Assembly (NCBI RefSeq): GCF_009914755.1
Contig: NC_060931.1
Reading direction: 5' to 3' (one strand)
From: the human T2T-CHM13v2.0 reference genome, Homo sapiens
Length of the DNA stretch: 64,000 nucleotides
The translations under genes were made by a program, and so were the position numbers. The notes below the pieces were generated by a model. The model was not told the DNA's origin and made no database searches. It saw nothing but the letters and a program-made list of their open reading frames with translations. Positions within the stretch are counted from its first letter, which is position 1; each line of letters begins with the position of its first letter. This document shows positions 1 to 13,399 of the stretch, piece after piece.

Positions 1-3000
1 ATATGCCTAGTGGTGGGATTGTTGGATCATATGGTAGTTCTGTTTTTGATTTTTGGAGGAACCTCAATTCTGTTTTTCATAATGGCTATACTAATTTACA
101 CTCTCACCAACTGGGTTCAGTGTTCCCTTTTCTCCATGTCTCACTAACACTTGTTGTCTTTTGTCTTTTTGATAATAACCATTCTAACATTAGTATAGTG
201 CTAACTCATTGTGGATTTGATTTGCATTTCTCTGATTATTAGTTACATTGAGCATTTTTTTTTCAGATTGCTGTTGACCATTTGTAAATTTTAAGAAATA
301 TCTATTCAGATTTTTTGACCAATGTTTAATTGGGTTGTTGTCTTACTGTTGAATTATTTGAGTTTCTTGTATATTTTGGATATTAATCCCCTTTAGCACA
401 TACATGATTTACAGATATTTTTTTCCCATTCTGTAGGTTGTCTGCTTATATTGATGTTTTCCTTGGCTGTGCAGAAGCTTTTTAATTTAACAAAATCCCA
501 TGTATCTCTTTTTGATTTTGTTTCCTATGCTTTTGAGTTCATATCCAAAAAATTATCACCCAAACAAATGTTATTGAGTTTTGTCCCTATATTCTCTTCC
601 AGTAGTTTTACAATTTCAGGATTTACATTTATGTATTTAATCTATTTTAATTTGATTGACATGCATATATGGTATATGATGAGGGTCTACTTTCATTTTT
701 CTGTATGTGGATATTCAGTTGTTCCAGCACCCTTTATTGAACAGACAGTTTTTTCCCCATTGTAAGGTCTTGGCACCTTTCCTGAAAATCAATTTACCAT
801 AAAAGCATGGACTTATTTCTGGGCTCTCTATTCTGTTTCATCAGTCTGTGTGCTGATTTTATACCAGTACTATGCTGTTTTGATTACTATATCTTTGTAT
901 TATATTTTGAAGTTAGGGAATGCTTTGCTTCCAGTTTTGTCTTTTTTGTTCCTGATTGCTTTAGATATTCAGGGTCATTTGTGACTGTTTACAAATTTTA
1001 TTTTTTATTTATATGGAAAATGTTATCAGTATTTTGATAAGTATTGCATTGAACCTGTAGATCACTTTGAGTAACAGAGATATTTTAATAACATGATTTC
1101 TCACAATTTGTGAACATAGAATATCTTTTCATTTATTTGCCTTCTTCAGTTTCTTTCATCAATGTTTTATAGTTTCCAGTGTAGAAGTTTTTCACCTCCT
1201 TGATTATTTTTTCCTAAGAATTTCCTTTGATAACTATTGTAAATAGAACTGTTTTCTTTACTTCTATTTCAGATAGTTTGTTGTTAGTATATAGAAATGC
1301 TACTGATTTTTGTATGTTGATTTTATATATTGTAACTTTACTACATTTGTTTATTAGTTTTATCTCTTTTGTCAGTTTTTAAGGTTTTCTATATATAAGA
1401 TCATATTATGTGCAAATAGGGACAATTTAACTTCTTCCTTTCTAATTTGCATACCTTTTATTTCTTTATTTTGCCTAAATATTCTGGCTACAACTTCCCA
1501 TGCTACACTGAATAGAAGTGGTGAGAATGGGCATCCTTGTCTTCTTTCTAATAACAGAGGAAAAGCTTTTAAATTTTCACCCTTAAGTATGATGTTAGCT
1601 GTGGGTTTGTCATATATAGCTCTAATTGTGTTGAGGTATTGTCTTTCTATATCTAATTTATGGAGAGGTTTTATCATGAAAAGACACAGGATTTAATCAA
1701 TTATTTTTCTGAATCTATAGAGATAATCATATGGTTTTCTGTCCTAAAATTTGTTAATGTGGCATATCACATTTATAGATTTGCATATGTTGAACCATTC
1801 ATATATTTCTGAGATCAATCCTACTTTATTGTGGTTAATGATTCTTTTGATATTCTGTTCAATTAAATTTGCTAATATTCTGATGAGGATTTTTGCATCT
1901 ATGTTCATCAGAGATATTGGCCTGTATTTTTTTTCCTGTAATGTCTTTTTCTGGCTTTGGTATCAGGGTAATGCTGGCATATTAAAATGAATTTAGAAGT
2001 ATTCTCTGTTCTTCAATTTTTTGCAAGAGATTGAGAAAAATTGATGTTAGTCTTTTTTGAAATGTTTGGTATAATAAAGCAGTGAAGTCATAGGTTCTGA
2101 GCTTTTATTTGATAGAAGGTGTTTTATTACTAATTCCATCTCCTAACTAATAGTTTGTCTGTTCAAATTTTCTATTTATTTATAATTCAATCTTGGTAGT
2201 TGCATGTGTCTAGGAAATTATTCATTTCTTCTAGGTTATCCAATTTTTGGTGTATAGTTGCTCATGGTAGTCTCTTATAATTGTCTGTATTTCTATGTGA
2301 ATTGTTGTAATATCTTCTCTTTTATTTATAATTTTATTTGAGTCTTCTTTTTTTTAGTAGTTAGTCTAGCCACAGGTTTGCTGATTTTGTTCTTTTCAAA
2401 AATAAAAAAAACTCTGAGTTTTGTTGATCTTTTATATTATTTTTTCTCTCTTATTTATTTCTGTCATGATCTTTATTATTTTCTTTACTAATTTTGAGCT
2501 TAGTATATTCTTGTTTTTCTACTTTAAGTGTACTAAAGATTGTTTATTTAGAGTCTTTCTTCTTTTGGGATATAAGTATTTATTACTATAAATTTTTTTG
2601 TTAGAACTGCCCTTGCTGCATCTCATAAGTTGTGGTATATTGTGTTTCCATTGTCATTTGTCTCAATATATATATTAATTTTTTAATTGCTTCTTTGACT
2701 CATTGTTTTTCCAGAAACATGTTGTTTAACTTCCAAGTACTTTTTAACTTTCTGAAATTGCTTCCATTATTGATTTCTAGTTTTACACCTTTGTGGTCAG
2801 AAAAGATACTTGATATAATTTCAATCTTCTTAATTTTTTTTAAGATTTGTTTTGTGGACTAGCATATCATCTATCCTGGAGAACAGTTCACCTGCAGTTG
2901 AGAGGAATATGTATTCTGTAGCTGGATGGACAGCTCTGTATATGTCTGTTAGATTCATTTGGTCTAAAGTGTAGCTCACATTTGATGTTTTTATAACGAT

Positions 3001-4770
3001 TTTCTCCCTGGAGAATCTCTTCATTGTTAAGAGTAAAGCCTTGAAGTCATTTACTATTATTGCATTACAGTCCAATTCTCCTTTTATTAGTATTTGCTTT
3101 ATATATTTAGGTGCTCCAATGTTGGGTGTATATTTATAATTGTTGTATCTTCTTCCAGAATAGACCCCTTTTTCAGTATATTTAGCTGGACCTAAAGCTT
3201 ATTTTATCTCATAGAAGTGTAGTTACTGCTCTCTTTTGGTTTCCATTTGCTTAGAATATCTTTTTTTCATCCCTTGATTTTTAGTGTATGTGTGTCCTTA
3301 CAGGTAAAACAAGTCTCCTGTAGACAGCATAAAGTTGGGTCTTGTTTTTCCATCTAGTCAGCACTCTATGCCTTTAGATTGAATAATTTAATCCATTTAC
3401 AAATAAGGTGATTATTGGTAGGTAAGTAATTACTACTGCCATTTAAAAAAATTGTTTCCTGGCTTTTTTGTACATCCTTTGTTTCAGTCTTTCTCTTTTG
3501 TTGTCTTACTATGTGGCTAAGTAATTTTCTCTAGTGAAATGTTTTGATTCCTTTATTTTTATCTTTTGTGTATTTACTATAGGTTTATGCTTTGTGGTTA
3601 TGATGAGGCTTACAAAAAACAACTAATAGTTATAAAAAGCTATGTTAAACTGAATTTATACTGATTTCATTTAAAAACTACATTTTTACTCCAGCATCAG
3701 TTCTGATATTTTAACTTTTTGATTTCACAACTTAAATGTTTCTATATTGTATGTCACTTGCCAAATTATTGTACCTATTATTTTTAATAATTTTATCTTT
3801 TAACCTTCATACTAAAGAGATACGTGATTTATGTAATATCATTACAGTATTAGAGTGTGTGATTACTTTTTCCAGTGAGTTTCATACTTTCATGTTTTTG
3901 TGTTACTATTTAGCATCTTCTCTTTCAGTTTGAAGAACTTCCTTTCTCATTTTTTTGTAATATGCTAATAATGAAATCCCTCAGTTTTTGTCTGGGAAAT
4001 GTCTTATCGCTTCTTAATTTCTGAAGAAGAGTTTGTAGATACAATATTCTTAGTTAACAGTTATTTTTTTCTCTTTAGCACTTTCAATATATTATCCCAT
4101 TTTCTTTTTGCCTGTAAAAATTGCTTCTGAGAAATCTGCTGCTAGTCTTATTAGAACTCCCTTATATTTAATTTGCTTCTTTTCTCTGAATGTTTTCAAG
4201 ATCCTTTGTTTGTCTTTAATTTTTGACAGTTTTGTTATATCTTGGCGTAATCTTGTTCCAATTGAATCTGATTTCAGACTTTTAAGCTTTTTGTATTTGG
4301 ATATGTATATCTTTCTCCAAATTTGGAAAGGTTTCTGCTGTTATTTCTTTAAATAACCTTTCTAATAATTTGTTTCTCTTCTTCACACAACCCTATAACT
4401 CAAGCATTTGTTTCTTCGTATAAACAATGATAACTTGAATATTTGCTCTTTTAATGCTGTCTTATAAATCCAGTAAGCTTTCTTTAGTCCCTTTTATTCT
4501 TTTTTATCTTTTGTCCTCTGACTGTATTTTTAAATAACCTATTTTCAAGTTCACAGGTCTTTCCTTCTGCTTGATCAATTTTGATGTTGATATTCTCCTG
4601 CATTTTTAATTTTAATTGTGGAGTTTTTTTCAGCTCTAGAATTGTTTTTGGAGTTTTATTTTAATTTAATTTATCTGTTAAATTTCCAAGTTTCATATTT
4701 TAGTACTTTCTTGATTTCATTGAATTGTTTCCCTCTATTTTATTGAAGTTTCCTGAACTTTAAAATAATT
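1..4770 (-). mobile_element. Old LINE-1 (L1M/L1MA-type) ORF2 and ORF1 C-terminal region, degenerate; continues beyond window start
   Basis: Minus-strand ORF fragments 1372-1677 ([28 protein letters not shown]...[12 protein letters not shown]1 RT) and 2830-3075 (LDQMNLTDIYRA...FSRIDDML, L1 endonuclease); T-rich plus strand; many stops and frameshifts. Confidence 0.93.
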
Positions 4771-5080
4771 ATGTCCATGGTGACTGTGAGGTCTCCTGCT
4801 GCAGGATTCCAGGGATCCATGGTGAGAGCAGGCCAATCCTTGCCTGCTCAACTCACCCCTTCCCCAGGAGTTACCGGAGGCCAAGAATGTATTCCAGTGT
4901 GACACAGCCCCATGCAGGGATCCCAGCTTCTTCCTCTTTCAGACCAGAATCTGTTTCCTCCTTCCATCCACTCTCAATGTCTTCCTTCCAAAGATGTGCT
5001 CAGAGTTTGTCAGTCTTCCTTGTGTCCCATTCCGTCAGTGGCAGATGTTCCCCCAGCTGCATCTAGTTGGACACCTTCCT
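4771..5080 (-). mobile_element. L1 5'UTR extreme 5' segment joined to the L1 body by an internal deletion
   Basis: Abrupt rise in GC; ends in cagctgcatctagttggacacctt, resembling the reverse complement of the L1 5' start motif AAGATGGCCGAATAG..CAGCT. Confidence 0.55.
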
Positions 5081-5230
5081 TCTCTGCTTTTTTGAATATA
5101 CTTTAAAGGTAAAGTCCAGAATATTTTCAGATGGATAGGATATTGGTATAAAAGACAGCTACTCAAATATTGTAAACTGCAAGGCTACATAAATTCACCA
5201 AAGGATTAATCACAGATTGAGAAGAGGACT

Positions 5231-5648
5231 ATGTTAGTCTATTTTGCATCACTATAAAGGAATGTCTAAGACTGGGTAATTTATAAACAAATATATATAT
5301 TTGGCTCGTGGTTCTGCAGGCTGTAAAAGCAAGGTGCCATCATCTTCTGAATTTCTGGTGAGGACTCAGGAAGCTTACAGTCATGGCAGAAGGCAAAGGG
5401 GGTGCTGGCATATACACGGTGAGAGCAGGAGCAAGACAGGGAGGTGGAAGTACCAGATTCTTTTAAACAACCAGATCTCATGTAAACTCATAGAGTGAGA
5501 ACTCATTCATTATTACAGAGATAGCAACAAGCCATTAATGAGGAATCTACCCCCATGTCCCAAACACCTCATAGCAGGCCTCACCTCCAACATTGGGGAT
5601 TACATTTCAACATGAGATTTGAAGAGAACAAAAATCCAAACAGTATCA
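5231..5648 (-). mobile_element. MST-type (MSTA/B) MaLR solo LTR
   Basis: Ends ...cctccaacattggggattacatttcaacatgagatttg...atccaaacagtatca, the reverse complement of the MST 5' consensus; agactgggtaatttataaa motif. Confidence 0.88.
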
Positions 5649-5829
5649 AGGACCAAGATTGAGCACTAGAATATTCTAATATTAAAGGGTCAAGGAAAAA
5701 AAGAGAAAGAGCAGAGGAGACACAGATAAGCAAGAGGAAAATGAAAAGGACGTGGTAACTTGGAAACCAAGGCAGGAAAATTATATAAAAACAGCAATAA
5801 TAATCAAGTGTTTTAAAATCAACTATTAA

Positions 5830-6344
5830 TCTACCATGGCTCAATCAAGAAAGTCGAATCTCTTTAAATATTGTACAATAAGAAATGTATTGCTTATACA
5901 ATTGCAGGAGGAGCTGAAAGCAAGTTCTAAAGGAAGTTAAGAGTTCAGGGAAGAGCTGCTAACCAGCCTGCTGAAAGCATTGGTATGAATGGATAATTTA
6001 GAGTTTGCAGGGAAATTGTGAGGAAGCCTGGTCATTCCAGCTGATATCGTAAGACTGCAAAGAACAGCTAAAGCAGAAATCTATGGAAGGCTATTCTCTC
6101 TGCATATGGTGGTGGACTTGGCTTGAAGAACTGGTATTTGCAAAGCAAAGCTTCAAGCAGGGAAAGGAAGAGGAAGGAAAAGCTGAAACCCACTGGCATC
6201 TTGTGTCTACTTCAATTCTGCCTTCTTAAACGTGTGAATATTTCCTTTTTGGGCAACTCTAACCCAACAGAAGTATAAAGGGTAATATATTCTAGGAATT
6301 GTAGTTACAGCTTAGCCACATTGACATGAAATAAAATTATCACA
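5830..6344 (-). mobile_element. ERVL-class 3' LTR (MLT2-like start); left boundary approximate
   Basis: Minus strand reads ...gatggac|TGTGATAATTTTATTTCATGTCAA, like the ERV-L PPT/3'LTR junction (gggtggac|tgtgatggttaat). Confidence 0.6.
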
Positions 6345-7680
6345 GTCCATCAGTTTTCAACCTGAGAGCTATATACATAGGTTTAAAGCATATTTTACTT
6401 TCATATAATGACAATAGCAAAATCTTGTTTTAGCCTAACCTGATAAAACTGTCTCTCATACAAATTAAAACAATATGTCTTTTCAAAAGAAGATATAAAG
6501 TTCACATACCACAGTGTCTCTATATATTTGGGTAATGTTCAGTACTTTTCTAGCCAAGCACTGCTCCTCCCTGATATCCTATAACTTATGCACAGAGCTA
6601 TGACTTCCATCATTATATTAATGTGATATAATTATAACATCTTACCTTAAATATTAAGAATATAAGAAACAGAAAGAAATACAACAAAATTACCAGAACA
6701 CAAACATATATATGTCAATGTAAAGAATAAATACTCATAACTACTTCAGTCTTCATTTCTACATGTGGTCACATGGTCATAGTTGCAATTTGTATTTTCC
6801 TTTTTCCTTTACCTACAATCCATATTCCCTTTGCCCTTAGCAAGAGCTTCAACTAACTGATTTCTTGGTGGTGACCCAAGCCTTCATTTCTAAAGAATCT
6901 GTCCCAATAGCAATTTTGGCTGTATTCGCTGTTGTACTTTTTAAATTAAATTTACTTCAGAATATGAAATAACTAAAAGATATCTCGGGGGATCTTCTGC
7001 ATTCTAGTTTCACCCCTCCTTATCCAGTCCTATCAACATGATTTTTTCCTGATAGAATCGATTCTCCAATCTGTACAGTTACCTTCCTTCCCATTAGTAC
7101 ACTGGCATAAGAAGCCCAAGTGGCCAGGTGGCAGACTCAATTTATAACATATTGTAACCACTGCTGGGTATCCTAATTCTAGCTTTCCACCCTCAGGAAC
7201 AAAAACCTCTATACCAGAAAAGCACAGTGTTGCAGGAAAAAGAAACAAACATTTGTAGTACATAATAAGGGGTAAAAGTGATGTGATAGAGACTACTGTC
7301 ATATTCACCCCTTGATTCCCAGGTCAGGGACTCCTGGATATGGGAGAAACAGCCCCATATATTGATTACTGATCCAGAAGATACACCATGTTCTAAAGAA
7401 CTTTACTCCGTCTCGCAATAGCAACGAATTGTTACCCAGTGGCCGCCATTTCCAAGTCTTCCAAAGGCCATTCTACTTCAGGAAAATTTGGGAAAATCTT
7501 GCCTTTTTTCCTGTATATGGTATCTCCTCACAGATCCCATTTGGTACCTTAAATCCTAGAGCTTTCAGGGACTTGAATATTGTTATATGTTTGGGAGAAA
7601 TGTGATGGGATAGTGATAGGCCTTTAGGAGGATCACCCTTCTCCTGAAAAGCAACCACATTAATAGATGCCATTATAGGT
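6345..7680 (-). mobile_element. ERV-L internal remnant including a degenerate dUTPase (about 7033-7250)
   Basis: ORF 7033-7308(-) contains LCFSGIEVFVPEGGKLELGYPAVVTICYKLSLPPGHLG, resembling ERV-L dUTPase (LEVLVPEGG...WKLRLPPGHFG), located between pol and the 3' LTR as in ERV-L. Confidence 0.78.
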
Positions 7681-8302
7681 TTTTTTAGGGCAAGGAGATA
7701 GTGATTTGCTTTTACTGATGAAGCTCAACAGCATTTAGGGATCTAAGATAGACAGCATCATTGAAATCTGTACACATTTCATCATACTAAATTTTAAAGT
7801 TTCACTTCTCCTAATAAATGATATAACTTTAAGATGAAAGTGCAATATTGCGAATTCAATTTACATTGAAATTTAGCTACCCACAGAATTAGACTTTGGA
7901 TTTGGTTTTCAGAAATTTAAACACTGCTTTATGAGATAAGTCTTGTAGGGTAACTCTGGGAAGCCAAGTATATCGAGATAACAGAGTAGAACTACGAAGA
8001 ATATCTGGCGGACAAGTCTGTTGAACACTGCTGTTGCTTTTGATAAAATGGATCAGCTTGCAATCAAATCTCCCAATTTGGTAAAAGAAAGAAGAGAAAC
8101 AGCACTTAATGAGCACGAGTCTAAGCATCATACAATATTCAACGAAGTAATAACATCCAGATTTCCTTTTCTGGTAGTAGTGTGAGTTCTATGCTCAGCT
8201 GATCTCATTCTGCTTTCTATGAAGATCTCCTGTTATTTACACGATAGGGTCACGTCTGAAAGGGTTTACTGAGGAGGAACTCTGTTTCTGAAAAATGCTT
8301 AC

Positions 8303-8503
8303 TTTTTTTTTTTTTTTTTTTGACAGAGGGTTCCTCTATTGCTCAGGCTGGAGTGCAATGGTGTCCTCCTAGCTCACTGCAGCCACGAATTCCTGGGCTC
8401 AAGCGATCCTCCTGCCTTATCCTCCCCAGTAGATAGGATTATAGGTGTGTGCCACCACGACTGGAGGATTTTTAAATTTTTTTTAAATGGGATCTAGATA
8501 TGT
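8303..8503 (-). mobile_element. 5'-truncated AluJ (right arm plus linker)
   Basis: Poly(T), gctcaggctggagtgcaatgg...ctgggctcaagcgatcctcc; TSD-like aaaatgct at 8292 and 8504. Confidence 0.88.
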
Positions 8504-9491
8504 AAAATGCTCATTATTTCATTCAAGAGTGTGAGTTTGTGAACCCAGAGACTGGGGAATGGGTGAAGCTATTCCAGGTCTAATAGCCTCCTTTAGGATT
8601 TCTGAGAAAAAGAAAATGCATCCCTTAAAATATTAGCTGGGTATCAAATCCCAAACACTAGTAGGCAGAGTTCAAAATCAATGAAGAACCATACATCATT
8701 CAAGGTTCTGGCACTGGGATTTCCATAGAAAAATCTTTGTATCTCCCTTAACTGCAGATAACAGCTTAGGCACCTTTCTCAACAGATTTTGAATTACTAA
8801 CCAGAGATAAAGGTGTAGAAATAATCAGCCCTTATACAAAGACTGTGGTTCTAGTGGATACTGCATACAGTGGGAGCAATTACTACCTCTGCCTAGATGA
8901 AAGGGTATGGCAGACAGATGTCTGGAGAAGGGATCTGAAGGCAGGGATTATCTCTCAAGTTGTCATATTACTTTCAGCTTTGTTTCTATCCTTTATTCTT
9001 CTGCTGAACAAACTTTAGCTTAAAGCAGAAAACACAACTAGTTGAAACATGTGAAGCTCAAAATTATTTAACTCTTACTCAGTTTAGACTTCTGTTCTCA
9101 GGAAAAAAAGAGCTTTTCTTGACAAAGTGGTGTTTTGCCTTCTTTTATGCTTCTATGTAGTCCTGTTTTAAGTACAATGGAAATATGACTTTAGTGAGGG
9201 TCACAGAAATAAACTTACACAACACACATATTTTTCTGTTTCTTGACTTTGTAATTTACAGTTTAAATCCTAAGGTAAATAGGATGCAGTTCAAACAACT
9301 GTTTTACATCCATACAAAGACAGTCACTTTCCTAGCTAAGGAAGAAAGACCCACATTTTTCTTCAGTCAATTCTACATTGTAAAGTTTCAACTTTACACT
9401 GTTCCACCCCTTTCGCCATGTTTCATATACTCTCCACTTTTAGTCCAGCTATCGTTTTAGCAAATAATTTGTGAAGGTATAAGATAATAGT

Positions 9492-9530
9492 ACCTCATAT
9501 GTAACACACCTCATATGTAACACACCTCAT
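9492..9530 (+). repeat. 16-bp tandem repeat (acctcatatgtaacac) x2.4
   Basis: Read directly from the sequence. Confidence 0.95.
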
Positions 9531-9599
9531 GTCTCCACTTTTTGGCATGAGTCACTTCGGTAAAATCCATCTTGCAACTAAGCTTGGGAAATCTAGAAA

Positions 9600-9930
9600 T
9601 ATAAGGGAGTTAACACATTCTGGAGAAACATCTGGATTGATGGAGATAAGAGCTGGTGGATGAATATTCCCCTTTTTCATCCTTTGGACAGACGATTCTG
9701 AGCATATATATATACACCTTAGTGTTCTTTAGGAGGTCCTTGTAAAATCAAGATCACATTGCCCTGCTTTAAACAACTTGGGAATGTACCCTTGTGTTAA
9801 TTTTCTCTCTTTCTTGGTTCTTTTTTCCCAATCTCCAATCCTAATTCTGGGGATAAATTCGCAAAATACTCCACCTGTCCTTATATACTTGTCCCAGGCA
9901 ATTCTTTCTGGAGAACTCAGGCTGAGGCAA
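9600..9930 (+). mobile_element. ERVL LTR16/LTR33-like solo LTR fragment
   Basis: gggagttaacac...ggtggatgaatattcccc; 3' end cttgtcccaggcaattctttctggagaactcaggctgaggca resembles the LTR16 terminus. Confidence 0.55.
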
Positions 9931-10029
9931 CTCCACTCCTGTATATAATTACTGTTTGATTTGGAATATTGTTAGTAGTCAGCAAGTCCACAATGCTTCA
10001 GCCTAGCTGAATTCAAAACTTCAAATAAA

Positions 10030-10343
10030 GGCCATGAGTGGTGGCTCACGCCTGTAATCCTAGCATCTTGGGAGGCCAAGGTGGGTGGATCACCTGAGGT
10101 TGGGAGTTTGAAACCAGCCTGACCAACATGCAGAAACCCCGTCTCTACTAAAAATACAAAAAGTTAGCCAGGTGTGATGACACGCTCCTGTAATCCCAGC
10201 TACTAGGGAGGCTGAAGCAGGAGAATTGCTTGAATCCAGGATGCGGACGTTTCAGTGAGCAGAGATCGCGCCATTGCACTCCAGCCTGGGAAATGAGAGA
10301 AACTCCATCTCAAAAAAGGAAAAACAAAACAAAACAAAACAAA
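10030..10343 (+). mobile_element. AluS (AluSp-like) with (AAAAC)n tail
   Basis: Full dimer; ctgaccaacatg..gaaacc motif; TSD-like ttcaaataa / ttcgaataa. Confidence 0.95.
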
Positions 10344-11286
10344 ATTCGAATAATCTATAAGGATTCTAGCTCCATGCATCTGCTTCCACTTATATAATTT
10401 CATTCAGGCAGACAATTTCACACAGTGGTACAGTTACCACCAGCAGCTCTTAGTTCTTATCTTCTATTCTAAGGGAGTTTAATTAGAAATAAAATGCCTG
10501 CATGTTTTCATCCAAAATTGCAATATTGTGTCCAGTTGGCCTGGCTTACATCACATCCCAGGCTCAATTAGTCACTGGCCAGGGTATGGAAGGCTTTGAC
10601 CTCTGGAATAATTGAAAGAGGAGAGGGAGGTATAGTTCCTCAAAGAAAAATCAGTTTACCATTCCAAAATAACAACAAATATTTAATATTCATTACTTCT
10701 CTTTATTGTGTTCCTCTTATTGCTCTCTCCATGCTATTTTAGCAATATAGACTTTTACAAACGATTATTATTACCATACAGTAAATTGGCTTCCTTGTTT
10801 ATTATGGTTTACCTTATCTTGTCTAGAACAAAGAATTTTTTAAGAAAAAGAATGAAGTAAAATATGTTAAAGAAATTAAAATAAATAAAAAATAAAAGAA
10901 TGTGAAAAAATATGAAACCAGGAGTTAGAATAGGTACTGAAGATATCCTCAACTCACATTAGAGGGTATCTATAAACTTGACTGTAAGCTTTCTAGTGGT
11001 TACTGTGATCAAGGAAATGCAATTAGTGAGAAAAGTATGTGGTTTCTCCATGCCAAAACAATATAATTATTCAGAAAAGGGAAGATACTCCTTTTATCAA
11101 GACCAGAAATTCCTGCAGTAAGCCTCACCAACAAAATCCTGTACCATTAACAAGATACACATTCAGCCACTTATTTGTAGTAAATATGTTGATGTTATTT
11201 CATAGAACTGTCCTTCTAAAGCCTCTTGGTATAAGCTTAGGACATTATACTGAACTGTAATTTAAAATAAACAGTTATATGGATGT

Positions 11287-11695
11287 TAATATAGTTTGGA
11301 TCTGTGTCCCCACCCAAATCTCATGTTGAAACGTAATCCCCAATTCTGGAGGTGGGGCCTGGTAGGAGGTGATTGGATAATGGGGGTTGTTTTTCATGAA
11401 TGGTTTGGCACCATTTCCTTTGATACTCTCCTCTCTAGTGATAGTGAGTGTGTTCTCATGAGATCTGATTGTTTATAAGCATGTGGCACCCCCTCTTTCT
11501 CCTGCTGTGGCCATGTAAGTGCTCATTCCCCCTTTGCCTTCTGCCATGATTATAGCTTTCCTGAGGCCTCCCCAGAAGCTGAGCAGATGACAGTATTATG
11601 CTTCCTGTACAGCCTGCAGAATTGTAAGCCAATTTCTTTATAAATTACCCAGTCTCTGGTATTTCCTTACAGCAATGAGAGAACAGACTAATACA
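11287..11695 (+). mobile_element. MSTA MaLR solo LTR
   Basis: taatatagtttggatctgtgtccccacccaaatctcatgttg...gaacagactaataca; 5-bp TSD gatgt/aatgt. Confidence 0.92.
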
Positions 11696-11959
11696 AATGT
11701 CAATATACTGTAATCTGAGTATGTGGTTCTCTAAGAATCTGACTTAATTTAGGAATAAAATGTCAAATATGGAGACCAGATTTTTCTTAGGTCTGGTACA
11801 GTAGACATTAATCCCTAGCAGCCCTTTGATGAAACAAGACAAAATGAAAGTCATATAAACTCAGAAGGCACTAAATATTATCTTAGAATTAAAAAAAATC
11901 ACATTGAGGTATTAAATATTTTGAGAGAATTTATAGTACATAAACATTTATATTTATTA

Positions 11960-12360
11960 CTTTTCATTTATTCAGCAAATAGTACCCACTGTGTTCAATA
12001 TGTGCTCAATGTTACGAATGTGATGGTGAGCAAGTCTAAATAAAGTGGATGCTCTCATAAAGCTGAGAGTCTAGTGGAATAAATTGACTTTAACAATCAC
12101 ACTTAAAAAGATATAATTACAAACTCACGTAAGTACTCTGAAGAAAATAACTTGGCCCTGGTGTCTGCGAGGACTCTTCTAAATATTCCTGCATATGAAT
12201 CCATTTAACACTTTAGATAACCCTATGAATTAGGCATTATGACTGTCCCCAAATTACATATCAGCAATCTAAGACACACAAAACAAAAGCACATGGCTAC
12301 TAATGATACTTCAGGAGGTGAACGTAGGCAAGTCTAACTCCAGAGCCAGCCATTTTGTTC
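11960..12360. mobile_element. L2 3'-end fragment followed by a MIR fragment
   Basis: ttcatttattcagcaaat (L2 tail); accctatgaattaggcattatgactgtcccc...gtctaactccagagcc (MIR core). Confidence 0.6.
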
Positions 12361-13077
12361 CTATAACATGGATTATGGTTTTATAAGACCATATAAAAAC
12401 AAATTGTGAAGAGTCCAAACTATCCTTATTTTCAGGTGATATAATGTGAAAAAATAGAGTTGGATGCAATTGATAAGTCATCCCCAGCAGGATGACATTG
12501 GCCAAATGATTACACCTGCCAGGGCATCAGCTATGCTTCTTCTGCTAAGTCACCTGGATAAGTGCTTACCTCGGGCAGCCAGTCCTGCTCCCTGTGCCCT
12601 CAATCTCCTCGCCAAAGGCTGGATTTGAGTCCAACCACAGGATTATTCACAAATTACACAGACACTCAGGGCTAGGTTTGCTCTACCTGCCCCAAAGTCA
12701 GAGTTCCCCCAGCAGTGGTCACTCTGCCAGCAATGTGCTTATGCCAGAGTGAGTAATACATCTTCAAGTTCTTTGTTACTGGCTTTAGTGGTGTGTTTTT
12801 AAATCCCAGTACTATAAATGGGAGATAATGATAAAACACGCAACAAGTTAGGTCCTACCTTAACATAACTGTTATTAACAAATTACCTACTGGTTCCAAT
12901 AAAAGAAACAAGAACTATCTCACATAATACCAACTTAACAGTAAATGGTGTTCCTGTACACCATCAGTAACTAAAAGGAAAGGAAACTAAGATAGATTAA
13001 TTTTCAAGATGGCAAAACAAAATATTCCTCCAAAACAATCAAACAAAAGAAAGCAAGGAAGTAAATAAAAACAACCT

Positions 13078-13396
<319 letters not shown>

Positions 13397-13399
13397 ACA

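Noticed and set aside
12480-12830. Possible additional LTR (also about 8580-9000 and 34780-35030)
   Set aside because: Composition is suggestive, but I could not match termini or a family with confidence.
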